Positions 19,865 through 29,794 of a stretch of DNA of 64,000 bases are shown here, in pieces (position 1 is the stretch's first letter; each line of letters starts with the position of its first letter). The notes below the pieces were generated by a model. The model ran no database searches. It was not told where the DNA came from and was given only the letters and a program-made list of their open reading frames with translations. Source of the stretch: a virus (lineage: Duplodnaviria > Heunggongvirae > Uroviricota > Caudoviricetes); the IMG/VR virus record IMGVR_UViG_3300031133_000383, positions 32,001 through 96,000 of that record; one strand, given 5' to 3'. The translations under genes and the position numbers were made by a program.

Positions 19865-20337
19865 ATTTTATTCAATCTTTATTTGAATATGATAATTTTT
19901 TTAATGTAGACGAAGGTTTTATCGTTGATATTGAAAACAATCATTCAGTTGGCCTCTACCTTCATGGTAGGTGTCATTTATTTGCATTGAAATTGCATGA
20001 GATGACCCAGTATCCTCTCAGTGCTTATATTGAACTTGAACCTTGGGATGACAATTACAATATTATGGACAAACCTGCTCTCATTCATGCTTTTTGTATT
20101 CTGAATGATAGTTTATCAATTGATGCTTTTGGAGTTCGTTTTCAAAAAACAGTTGAAGCAGAGTATTGCTTTGAAAGTAATGAACTATTAGTTATTCATG
20201 GAGAAGAAGCTAGAAAACTGCTTGTAGATTGGATAGAAGCTGATTTGTTGTATGATTATGAAGAACATGAAGAACAGGCTTTGGAACGATATATACAACT
20301 TATGATTGATAATAAACTGTTTGTATTGAAATCATGA
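19861..20337 (+). CDS. hypothetical protein with conserved-looking C/H/D residues
   Basis: AAGGA RBS; ATGA overlap; YLHGRCHLFALKLH...HAF...DAFG. Confidence 0.75.
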   Translation: MNFIQSLFEYDNFFNVDEGFIVDIENNHSVGLYLHGRCHLFALKLHEMTQYPLSAYIELEPWDDNYNIMDKPALIHAFCILNDSLSIDAFGVRFQKTVEAEYCFESNELLVIHGEEARKLLVDWIEADLLYDYEEHEEQALERYIQLMIDNKLFVLKS

Positions 20338-20470
20338 ATTGATAAAAAAAAGATATTTGATTGTGTTTTTATCCAGAATAACATCTATATACCATTTCAT
20401 CGTTTTCTTTTGCATTTGAATATTAATCATGATATCATTAAGTAATTAAAAATTCACTGTTGAGGTAGAT

Positions 20471-21133
20471 ATGAATAGTAGTAGAAAATCAAATATCATT
20501 GAAAGTCTTGAAAAAAATATCAGTGCTTCTGGTAAAATTTTGAAATTGACAGAAGCAGCAGACTATAAGCCTTTAGAGCGAGATGATGAGTTCAGGTTTT
20601 TTATTGATGATAATTATTATACTGTTTATTCAAATGATGATATACAACCATCTCACATCTATGATTTATTATTTATTGATGAAGATAGCAGCCTTAGTAT
20701 TTTTGAAACTTTTTCAACATTGAGCAAAGCAGCATTTTTTAAGTGTTTAAATACCTTTTATCAGGATCTTGCATTTCTATATTTTTTTGCTTTTGGGCAG
20801 TCAGCAGACGTAAAGAAACCAGAATCATTGAATGATATTCTTGAAAGTATTTATTATGATGGTGATAACTATTTTTTTCGTCTAACAGTGGGTAACATAG
20901 AAACAGATGCCGTTTTTCTTATCTATTTTGATTTTTTTATTAATACTGAAACACATGATGTTTATTGGGAAAATCGATACAGATCACATATCAATGGTAA
21001 TTTGGTTTCTTTTGATACTTATGATGATTTAAAACAGAGTTTTATTAAACGCTATATATTGAGTCCCCTGAATAAAAGTCAACCCGAACTGGCGTGGAAT
21101 GATTACAAAATTTTGCAGATAATAAATCATTAA
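20471..21133 (+). CDS. hypothetical protein, family A; paralogue of the next gene
   Basis: GAGG RBS; ends PLNKSQPELAWNDYKILQIINH. Confidence 0.8.
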   Translation: MNSSRKSNIIESLEKNISASGKILKLTEAADYKPLERDDEFRFFIDDNYYTVYSNDDIQPSHIYDLLFIDEDSSLSIFETFSTLSKAAFFKCLNTFYQDLAFLYFFAFGQSADVKKPESLNDILESIYYDGDNYFFRLTVGNIETDAVFLIYFDFFINTETHDVYWENRYRSHINGNLVSFDTYDDLKQSFIKRYILSPLNKSQPELAWNDYKILQIINH

Positions 21134-21141
21134 GGTGTATT

Positions 21142-21825
21142 ATGCATTCCACAGCACTTATAAAATCTTTACGTTCAATCATTAAATATCCTTATCAGAT
21201 AGATGGAATGCGATCACTCAATGATTCATCCGCCATGGTTCAAATATCCAATCTTGATAGGCCAGTAGATAAGTCTATGATAATGTATGTGTCTAAAATT
21301 TATACTCAAAAAAATAAATCAAAATTCTATCTTGAATTTGATGATCCTTTGCTGTTACTTAAATTTAACGATATCTTTGAAAATGAAATTGATTTTTTAA
21401 AAATATCACAAGAGATGTATTACAAGTTTAATTTTATCTATACTTATATACTGGGCAAGTCCGTCAATTATAATGGGTTTCCACACAGTCTCAAAGATAT
21501 GATTGAATATTATGACGCTACACATAGTCAATCAATGGGTAGTTATATATTTAAAACAGTGGTAACCGAAGATAATGATCATGAACCTTTAAAATATATG
21601 TTTATTTTAAGTTATGATATTTGTGAAAACATTTTTAAAATTGATTTTGATTTTTCAATGAATATTTTAACGCCACAAATTAAAACTTACTTTATTGAAT
21701 CTGCTCAAATAGAAAAAGTTATTGATATCCTTGTTTCTCAATATGCTTGTAAACCTTTAGATAAATCTCAACATGATTTATGTTTGTCCGATCATGCTAT
21801 TCTAAAAATACTTAATTATAATTAA
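21142..21825 (+). CDS. hypothetical protein, family A; paralogue of the previous gene
   Basis: ends PLDKSQHDLCLSDHAILKILNYN. Confidence 0.8.
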   Translation: MHSTALIKSLRSIIKYPYQIDGMRSLNDSSAMVQISNLDRPVDKSMIMYVSKIYTQKNKSKFYLEFDDPLLLLKFNDIFENEIDFLKISQEMYYKFNFIYTYILGKSVNYNGFPHSLKDMIEYYDATHSQSMGSYIFKTVVTEDNDHEPLKYMFILSYDICENIFKIDFDFSMNILTPQIKTYFIESAQIEKVIDILVSQYACKPLDKSQHDLCLSDHAILKILNYN

Positions 21826-21902
21826 AACAACAATAATAATTGCTTAATATTTATTAATTGACTTTTTATGATATACTATAATTATCCACAAAAAAATAAA
21901 TT

Positions 21903-23735
21903 ATGAATTTTATTGAGCAAGCAAAATTGTTTGAACGAGCCGAAAATCTTAAACACAACTATCCTGAGAATTATAGTTTAACTTCAATGTTGAAGCTACC
22001 TATTAAAGAACCTTCCTATGTTATTAATGATATTCTTTATGAATTTAAGAAAATGGCGGATAAAAATATTGTTTCTCTTTTAAATATCATCCCAAAAATA
22101 GACAAAAATGAATTCAACGAAGTAACTGATCTTTACAATACTTCTGATTATCATAATCATACCAAAGCGACTACTTCTAACGTTTTAAACTATATAGAAA
22201 ATATTTACAACCAATTTAAAAATATAGCCAATGAATATGGTATTGTTTTCCCAAAAAGTATTGAATTAGAAAAAAATAATATACTACAAGAAGTTGAAGA
22301 TTTTACAAATAAATTTGAACAGTTTTCAGATTTTTTTGAAAAATATAAAGTGATAGAAAAATTTTATGTACAAAACAAAATGAGTCCAGAAGCTGATTTT
22401 TACAGGGAAGAACTGCAAAACACTATAGAAGAATATAGTCATATAGTCAATATTAATATGGCTAAATTTTTTATAAATAATACAGTAAGTCATGGTCAAA
22501 ATTCAAAGGATATTGTATTGTTTCAATTATTTGATAGGCTTTCTATTTTAATTTCAACGATGCAAGATGAAATGAAATCACAAAATCTACAATCGCTGGC
22601 TACAATGGCCAGTCAGTTTATTATTGCTCAATCTATCGATAGCAGTGATGTAAAAAGTTTTCTAACAACAAAAAATTTTAGTGATGATATAGACTGTCGT
22701 ATACAATTGACCAGTTCTCAAAAAATAAGTGAAATGATTAACTTTAAAGATGGATCAACTATTGTCAAACAACGTAATAACCCTTATGAAGAAGTATCAG
22801 TAGATAAAGTTCGAAATGTAACTTATGACTTATTTGACTCTATTATTGATTATAAATTTAGAAAAAAACCAAGAATTGGAACATTGTTCAAAGAGAAGTA
22901 TAAAGAAGAAAGGGGGCTATTATTTGAATATGTTGATGTAGCTATGAATACTTATTTAGACAATGAAGCTATTTTAAAAAATGTTAAATTTGATTTATCT
23001 ATTTTTAAGTCTAAGGATTTTGAAGAAATAGACGATGCAATGAATGCCAGTATCAATACGTATAAAATAGATCGTTATGCCAATACAATATTGAGTACAA
23101 AATATAAACATTTGTTGACAGCAAACGCATTGGAAAGTTTCAAGGAACTTTATGAGGCCAAAATTTCTACAACTGATTTACAGAATTTAATCGGAAAAAA
23201 ACTTGCAGCGATTCAAAGTCCAGAAGAATTTGAGCAGTATCTTGACAAAGTTGTCAAGCAATTTAATGGTTTCAATACAGAAACTCTTTTAACCAAGTTG
23301 TCTTCTTTCAACATTGAACCATTATTATCTGACAATGATGTTTATGTGTTTGAAATCAAAAATTTTGAAGAATCAAAAAATTTGGGTAGTGCCAGTTGGT
23401 GTATTGCTCGTTCTGAACATTATTTTGAAAATTATACAGATTATGGCAATCGTCAGTTTTTCATCTATGATTTCAATAAAAAAGAAACCAGTAATGAGTC
23501 AATGATTGGCATCACAATAAAACAAAATGGTGATTTTCATACTCAGCATTTGAAAAATGATGATTTTATTCGAGCAAATGACTTTTTGAAAGATATTCGG
23601 AAGAGATTGATTTTAAAAGAACCTGAAAAGTATGAATTAAATAACCAATTAAAGCAAGAGCTAGGCATTGAGAACAATAATGATTTCAATGATGAAAAAA
23701 TTGAAAATAAGAAAAAGTTAAAGGTGGTTATTTAA
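21903..23735 (+). CDS. large hypothetical protein with GS-x-SWCI domain; paralogue of 39916..41787
   Basis: shared blocks ILSxKYK, IGKKLAA, GSxSWCI, IYDFNK, TQHLKNDD. Confidence 0.85.
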   Translation: MNFIEQAKLFERAENLKHNYPENYSLTSMLKLPIKEPSYVINDILYEFKKMADKNIVSLLNIIPKIDKNEFNEVTDLYNTSDYHNHTKATTSNVLNYIENIYNQFKNIANEYGIVFPKSIELEKNNILQEVEDFTNKFEQFSDFFEKYKVIEKFYVQNKMSPEADFYREELQNTIEEYSHIVNINMAKFFINNTVSHGQNSKDIVLFQLFDRLSILISTMQDEMKSQNLQSLATMASQFIIAQSIDSSDVKSFLTTKNFSDDIDCRIQLTSSQKISEMINFKDGSTIVKQRNNPYEEVSVDKVRNVTYDLFDSIIDYKFRKKPRIGTLFKEKYKEERGLLFEYVDVAMNTYLDNEAILKNVKFDLSIFKSKDFEEIDDAMNASINTYKIDRYANTILSTKYKHLLTANALESFKELYEAKISTTDLQNLIGKKLAAIQSPEEFEQYLDKVVKQFNGFNTETLLTKLSSFNIEPLLSDNDVYVFEIKNFEESKNLGSASWCIARSEHYFENYTDYGNRQFFIYDFNKKETSNESMIGITIKQNGDFHTQHLKNDDFIRANDFLKDIRKRLILKEPEKYELNNQLKQELGIENNNDFNDEKIENKKKLKVVI

Positions 23736-25360
23736 TGGAACTAAATTTTAAAAAATTAGCTGAGTTTATCTCAGCCTATGTAAAAGAAAATGACTTGATT
23801 AGCAATACAGAATTTCCTACATTGGCCTTGTATAAATTTATTAAAGAATCAAGCCTAGATGATACAGTCAAAACAAATTTGATGTTGACAGATAAAGGCG
23901 TTTTGGTTATTGGGCAATATGATGGCGTTCTGCTAAAGAGTTGTATACGTTTAGATTTTGTAATAAATGCAGATTCAATAGGGTTTGATAGCCAGTATCC
24001 CATAACAGATGATATGATATTAATGGTACATGAAAACACTTCTAAAATGGGAAAAAAAAAGATTATTAACGAAATTAATAAAAAAAACATACTCTCGATT
24101 TATAATGCTTTGGCAACATGTAATAATTTGTCAGATATTTATTCTAATATTCCTGAAAAAGCTATTAATAATGATATTGTTGATCGTGGAATTTATAAAA
24201 TTACAGACATTGTAATAAATTACAATAAATATAAGGAAAATAATAACAATGATTTTGGTCGTAAAGATAATAATTATTTGGAAAGAACATTGAAAGCATT
24301 ATTTAATGCCTGTGAAGTAAATGATGAAATGCAAGGTGAGAAAATAAACAAGTTGGTTAGTCACATTTGCAATGCTGTAAAATCAGGAGATTCTTTAGGA
24401 ACAGATGCTTTATTGAAAAGAGCTAATGCCCAAAAAATAATTGGCGTAAGAGAGGATGTTTTTATATCCAATAAAATTTTTCAATCACTGTCTTTGAAAG
24501 ACTCACTAGCCAAGACATTGTTTGATAGCTTTAATGAAGGCGGTGTCAATCAATTAATCAATGATGTTTATAAACAACATATCATGCCTAATGTACAATC
24601 AAAATATTCTTTATTATCAAAAATGATGTCTAAACAGACTACGTTGGAATCACGATTGGATCAAACAGACGTTAACGACTTAATAAACAGGATAAGAGTT
24701 AAACATCCTTATGCATTTAAAGATAATGAACTGTATTCCTTTAAATATCTACAAAAAGAAAAAGATGATTTATATTCAAACACTCAAGAGTTATCTGGTT
24801 TATTGAACAATTTTGGATTAATCCCTGCTCAACATATAAATGTTTTATTAGAGACTTATACTGATACCTATTATCTTAAACAAGGAAAATTTATTGAAAA
24901 ATTTGATCTCGAAAATTGTATTCAATTTGTAGGAAAAACTGAGATTGCTGTAAAGTATCTTATTACAGGCCATTTAACTGATAATATTTATGATGATCTT
25001 GTAGATAATTCAAAAATAAAAGTATTTAGAGTCTCTTCTATGGTAATGCAAAATGAAGCAGATAACCACTATAATAAAATAGGTTTAGAACAATTATTTA
25101 ATTATTGTAAGAATAATAATTTTGCTTTATTAATTAATCATGATCATCTCGATGAAGAGTTACTTAAAGTCTATCCAGTATTTAAAGAAGTGGCTGCTAA
25201 TTATAAGTCAACTGTTTATTTAATGGATGAAGGTCCCAATTCAGAAGCTATCTTTAAATTATTAGAATGGAGAGATGATTTAAAATCCTTAATTAATAGC
25301 TATAATGAAGTAAAATTATTAAATAAAAAAAATAAAAATTTAGATATTTTCGATTATTAA
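23735..25360 (+). CDS. large hypothetical protein; partner of the previous gene and weak paralogue of 38264..39913
   Basis: TAATG stop/start overlap. Confidence 0.8.
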   Translation: MELNFKKLAEFISAYVKENDLISNTEFPTLALYKFIKESSLDDTVKTNLMLTDKGVLVIGQYDGVLLKSCIRLDFVINADSIGFDSQYPITDDMILMVHENTSKMGKKKIINEINKKNILSIYNALATCNNLSDIYSNIPEKAINNDIVDRGIYKITDIVINYNKYKENNNNDFGRKDNNYLERTLKALFNACEVNDEMQGEKINKLVSHICNAVKSGDSLGTDALLKRANAQKIIGVREDVFISNKIFQSLSLKDSLAKTLFDSFNEGGVNQLINDVYKQHIMPNVQSKYSLLSKMMSKQTTLESRLDQTDVNDLINRIRVKHPYAFKDNELYSFKYLQKEKDDLYSNTQELSGLLNNFGLIPAQHINVLLETYTDTYYLKQGKFIEKFDLENCIQFVGKTEIAVKYLITGHLTDNIYDDLVDNSKIKVFRVSSMVMQNEADNHYNKIGLEQLFNYCKNNNFALLINHDHLDEELLKVYPVFKEVAANYKSTVYLMDEGPNSEAIFKLLEWRDDLKSLINSYNEVKLLNKKNKNLDIFDY

Positions 25361-25454
25361 TTTAATTAATAAAATAAATAAAGTCTTTTTATTATGAAAT
25401 ATGGCTTTTTTAAAAGATTGTGCTAATGTATATTTAATTATACGGGTGATCATT

Positions 25455-26003
25455 ATGTTTCTAGATATAGACTTCTTAAAAAACAATCACGAATTGATTC
25501 ATTTTTTTGGACTGGGTTTTGTCCAAATTAAAATAGATAAAAATCTCAGACTGCATTTTTACCATCCTGAACTACAGCCCATTATTCATGAAGAAGAGAT
25601 TCACAATCATCGATATGATTTTATTTCTACTGTATTGGCTGGAAAACTTACACAGGAAATTTTTGAGATACACGCAGGTGAAAGTGACTTTTACATGGTA
25701 GAAGAAAATTGTAAAGCTGAAAAAATTATCATGCCTGATAAAATTCCAGTAATCGTTAAACCCATTTCTATCCAGCATTTTAAAAAGGGCGAAAGTTATA
25801 CTTCATTAACCAACCAATTTCACAGAGTAGTTACTGATTTTGCTATTACTCGTTCATATCGCGGAGAATCCAACAGTGTAAATGCTCTATTTATCAAAAA
25901 CAAGAATGTTATTGAAGGTGCGTCCATTAGTAAAAAACTTACTTTGGATGAATGCTGGGCGATTGTAGAAAGTTGTATTCATCTTAGTAAGTCTACATTC
26001 TAG
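25455..26003 (+). CDS. cupin-like (HxH) hypothetical protein
   Basis: GLGFVQ, RLHFYHP, IHNHRYDFISTVLAG, FHRV. Confidence 0.65.
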   Translation: MFLDIDFLKNNHELIHFFGLGFVQIKIDKNLRLHFYHPELQPIIHEEEIHNHRYDFISTVLAGKLTQEIFEIHAGESDFYMVEENCKAEKIIMPDKIPVIVKPISIQHFKKGESYTSLTNQFHRVVTDFAITRSYRGESNSVNALFIKNKNVIEGASISKKLTLDECWAIVESCIHLSKSTF

Positions 26004-26058
26004 TAGACTTGTTCTCAATAACAATGTATTATTGTTGTCCAGATATAAAGGATTAAAT

Positions 26059-26873
26059 ATGAAAGATTTTATAAGAATAATAGACATCGGTCAGCTAGAA
26101 CTAATTAATTTTAAAAACTCAATTTCACGTCACATAAATATAAAAAATTTTGATGTGGTGTTTGAAATTATTCCTTTTGATATGACAAGAGCCATGGTAT
26201 ATATTCGAGATCTTGAAAATAACACAATGAATAGAGTTGGACAAATTATTTCTTATTTTTCAAACTGTTCATTGCCTGATGATGTCGTTTTTTATTTTTA
26301 TCCTGATTATGTTTTTTTTGAATATTATTCTGGTGATATTAAAGCCATACTGGATATTAGCACATCATTTCATGAGGCTTTTGTACATTATTTTGAAAAA
26401 AGTCATTCAACCTCTATTACTAAAAGAATGCAGTTAAAAGATTTTGAATTCAACATAGCAAATAAACCCAATATTATTTTAGTTGAAAACAGTCATTTTT
26501 CTAATTTGTCGCTTAAATATTTTAACCAATTCATTTTCGATTTCAAAAGAAATGGCGAATTTATAGAAAATATTAAAATGAATTTCAATAATAGTTCTGT
26601 AGATTTATTTAGTAAATCAATGGCTATTGATGGACAACTAGACTTTACATTCACTAAAAAAGAACACTATTGTTTGATTGATAGTTCAGGTAACAATAAA
26701 TTAAAGTTGAATTTGATAATCCTCAAATAGCTACCAGCATTATTGATGATCTATATTATACTGTTTATTATGGATTGATGTTCAAAATGTGCAACATAGA
26801 ATTTATACCAAAACAAGAATTTCTAAAACATAAAGAACACTACAATACTATTTTAGACATCTTTAAACAATAG
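26059..26873 (+). pseudogene. family A gene split by an apparent 1-nt deletion near 26700 (or a sequencing error)
   Basis: main frame stops at 26730; the -1 frame is open 26700..26873 and ends EHYNTILDIFKQ, which fits the family A motif. Confidence 0.6.
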
Positions 26874-26877
26874 ATAG

Positions 26878-26906
26878 TTGACTTTTGCGATTAAGTGGTA
26901 TATCAT
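26878..26906 (+). promoter_or_regulatory. sigma70 promoter of nadE
   Basis: TTGACT-17-TATCAT. Confidence 0.6.
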
Positions 26907-26958
26907 GCTTATAAATAGAAAATATTGCAGTTAATAATATTAATTAAGGAGATATAAC

Positions 26959-27825
26959 ATGAGTAAACTAATTTATGGTTCCGCAGAATATGAAGCACTG
27001 AAGAAAGAAAGTCTAGCAGAGTTTGGTGTAGTACCCACTGAAAAATTTGATGTTGAAGCAGCGATTCGAGACCGTATTGATTATCTTAAATCTTTTCTGA
27101 AAAGTACAGGTTTGAAAGGGTTTGTGTTGGGTATTAGTGGTGGTGTTGATAGTTCAACTGTTGGCCGTCTGTGTCAGATTGCGTGTGAAGAACTAAGAAC
27201 AGAAGGTTATCAGGCACAATTTATAGCCATGAGGCTTCCAGCAGGTATTCAAGCAGACGAAGATGATGCTCAGGAAGCTATTAAATTTATCAAAGCCGAC
27301 AAAATGATGACTATTAATGTGGGTGAAGCAGCCGCCAATCTCAGTATTCAAGGCGTAGAGCAATTTAAATCAGTAGAAGGTGTTTCGCCCACTGATTTTC
27401 AAATTGACTTTAATAAAGGCAATATTAAAGCACGTCTTCGTATGGTTGCACAGTATCAGGTGGGTGCCATGTATTCTGCTGCCGTTATTGGTACTGATCA
27501 TAATACAGAAGGTGTTTGCGGTTTTTGGACCAAATGGGGAGATGGTGCTTGCGATCTCATTGTACTCAATGGTTTGAATAAAACACAAGTACGCCTCGTC
27601 GCCAAAGCTTTAGGTGCTCCTGAATTTTTATGGAGTAAAGTTGCCACGGCTGACCTTGAAGAACTTGCACCACAAAAAACTGATGAATCTGCATTGGGTG
27701 TTGATTATAATGTTTTAGATAAATATCTTGAAGGTTATGATATTGATAAAGAAGTTGAATTTAAAATTGTTCGTCAATATCAAATCACACAGCATAAAAG
27801 AAAGCCTATTGTAAGTTTTCAATAA
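26959..27825 (+). CDS. nadE: NH3-dependent NAD+ synthetase
   Basis: VLGISGGVDS, GNIKARLRM, VIGTDH, GFWTKWGDG, LNKTQVR, TADLE, TQHKR; AAGGAG RBS. Confidence 0.96.
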   Translation: MSKLIYGSAEYEALKKESLAEFGVVPTEKFDVEAAIRDRIDYLKSFLKSTGLKGFVLGISGGVDSSTVGRLCQIACEELRTEGYQAQFIAMRLPAGIQADEDDAQEAIKFIKADKMMTINVGEAAANLSIQGVEQFKSVEGVSPTDFQIDFNKGNIKARLRMVAQYQVGAMYSAAVIGTDHNTEGVCGFWTKWGDGACDLIVLNGLNKTQVRLVAKALGAPEFLWSKVATADLEELAPQKTDESALGVDYNVLDKYLEGYDIDKEVEFKIVRQYQITQHKRKPIVSFQ

Positions 27826-27826
27826 T

Positions 27827-27850
27827 AAAGCTCCGAAAGGAGTTTTTATT
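27827..27850 (+). terminator. intrinsic terminator after nadE
   Basis: AAAGCTCC-GAAA-GGAGTTTTT. Confidence 0.75.
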
Positions 27851-27966
27851 TTTTTAAAGAAAAATCTCATTTAATTATTTTAAAAACGAAAAACATCGAT
27901 TTTATTGGTTTTTTTTGATTTCTTATATTTTTATGCTAGAATGTAACAAAACCATGATAATATAAA

Positions 27967-28218
27967 ATGTCAAAATTCGCAAAAATATTAGAAACAAAGG
28001 ATATTTTCGCATTAAATCTTGATGACTTTTCAGGTTTGGATGACTTTGAAATATCAAAAGGTCTTATATGGAACTTTAAGTATTATTTAGTTCACAATAC
28101 CATTAATATCAATGAGTTGTTCAAAATTTCAGAAAATCAAGTCAATGTATTGATTGATGTTGACAATAATACAGAATTTACTCGAATTATTGATATAATT
28201 TCAAAATCAATAAAATAG
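27967..28218 (+). CDS. hypothetical protein
   Basis: 83-aa ORF downstream of TG-C-TAGAAT. Confidence 0.55.
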   Translation: MSKFAKILETKDIFALNLDDFSGLDDFEISKGLIWNFKYYLVHNTININELFKISENQVNVLIDVDNNTEFTRIIDIISKSIK

Positions 28219-28323
28219 TATTAAACCTTATTTATATTGTTTATCGTCAAAAAAACCTTTTGTAGTATATCGCTTGATTAAAAAAAAATATAAGTATATG
28301 ATAACTATAACCACAGGTGACCT

Positions 28324-28926
28324 ATGAATAAAGAAGATTATGAATATTTAATGTCTGAACGTTATTCCATATTGCTTCACGCTGATATAGAGCGTTTTGG
28401 AATGGTTTCATTTATAACTACTCATTTCCACATTCACTACATATATGAAAGCTTGACATTTATCATTACAGATGATGGCACCAATAAAATTATTAAAAAA
28501 TTTAACAAAAATAATCTTGACTATAAATCCAGTCTTTATGGTTTGCCTGCTCAAATCACCTATAATAACGCTGGATTACCCATGTTAATACTGTACAGGC
28601 ATACTGATACTAAAGGAATTCCCAATAAAACAGTTAAAAATTATGCCGTTAACAATGTGTTACTGGATACCAAATATTATTGGTATGATGAAAATGAAGT
28701 TTTATTAAATGAACGATTAACCACTTTCTTTAATCATTTTTTTATGGAAAAAATGTTTGATATTACCATAGATTATGATAATAGCCGTATCATGACTATC
28801 ATCATTCAGGCCATTTTGGAGGGTAAATCAGCAGAGATTGTTGAAGCTTTTAAAGTACTTAATATTAAAAGCCTCGATCATCTTGACCAAGCAGATTCTG
28901 TATTGGTTGAAATGCTTCAGTTATAA
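28324..28926 (+). CDS. hypothetical protein, family A
   Basis: ends VLVEMLQL. Confidence 0.8.
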   Translation: MNKEDYEYLMSERYSILLHADIERFGMVSFITTHFHIHYIYESLTFIITDDGTNKIIKKFNKNNLDYKSSLYGLPAQITYNNAGLPMLILYRHTDTKGIPNKTVKNYAVNNVLLDTKYYWYDENEVLLNERLTTFFNHFFMEKMFDITIDYDNSRIMTIIIQAILEGKSAEIVEAFKVLNIKSLDHLDQADSVLVEMLQL

Positions 28927-28930
28927 AACA

Positions 28931-29344
28931 TTAATTTTTTAAACATTTAGCAATATAGTCTTGTTGCTCTTGACTCATCTGGCTAGTGTTTAATGTTTTT
29001 ATGAATGTTTTCAATTCATCAGCTTCTTTTTTATATTTTCTAATGACTTGTTCAGTATGTACAGATTGAGATTGTTTGATACTTTCTTTAATGGCATTAA
29101 CATCCTCTCGTGTTAGTACTGTTAAGTCATTTTCAGGATAAATAATAAATTTTTTACTATCCCAATCAAATCCAAAATGTGCTGATTGTACTTCTTCTAA
29201 TTCCTTCAAATCTACTGATTTTACATTTGTTACGGGGGTTCCCCCAAGACTGCCGGGTCTAAATATCGCAATACCTACACGAATTTTTTTATCTATAGGT
29301 AACTTATAATTATTAATGATCTCAATCAATTCGCCAATTTCCAT
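28931..29344 (-). CDS. hypothetical protein
   Basis: GGGGG RBS; GSLGGTP and GFDWD motifs. Confidence 0.75.
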   Translation of the reverse strand: MEIGELIEIINNYKLPIDKKIRVGIAIFRPGSLGGTPVTNVKSVDLKELEEVQSAHFGFDWDSKKFIIYPENDLTVLTREDVNAIKESIKQSQSVHTEQVIRKYKKEADELKTFIKTLNTSQMSQEQQDYIAKCLKN

Positions 29345-29505
29345 TCTGTCCCCCTTATTTTGGACATTATTATATCAAAAAATTACATTATTGGCAAGCA
29401 TCAATATCTCTTAAAAATCAATATTAACTTTTTTTATTGAATTGACTTATACTATTTAATTGATATATTATAATAACTTAACGGATAGTAATATGGGGAA
29501 ACAAT

Positions 29506-29688
29506 ATGCCAAAAATTATACTAAAACCACAGGAAAAAATTGAGTTTGCTCTTCGTCGTTTTAAAAAAGCTTGTGATAAAGCTAAGATTATTCAAGATTA
29601 TAGAAAACATGAATTTTATATTCCAGAAACTGAACTCAAAGTGCTTAGAAAAAAAGAAGCCATAAAAAGAGAAAAGAAAAAACGATAA
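29506..29688 (+). CDS. rpsU: ribosomal protein bS21
   Basis: MPKI...EFALRRFKKACDKAKIIQDYRKHEFY.P...RKKEAIKR matches the gammaproteobacterial S21 pattern. Confidence 0.9.
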   Translation: MPKIILKPQEKIEFALRRFKKACDKAKIIQDYRKHEFYIPETELKVLRKKEAIKREKKKR

Positions 29689-29762
29689 TAACATGTCTTT
29701 TCAATAATATTCAGTTATCATAACAGTGTCTTCTTAATACTCTATATAACTGGTTATAATAG

Positions 29763-29794
29763 TTGACATCCTCCCCCACCTGAAGGGAGATGTC
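29763..29794 (+). mobile_element. possible IS200/IS605-family end remnant (hairpin only)
   Basis: TTGACATCCTCCCCCACCTGAAGGGAGATGTC; GC-rich hairpin resembling IS605/IS1341-group ends; no tnpA or tnpB nearby. Confidence 0.35.

Noticed and set aside
26690-26730. Programmed -1 ribosomal frameshift
   Set aside because: No canonical slippery heptamer or obvious stimulatory structure; a 1-nt deletion or read error is simpler.
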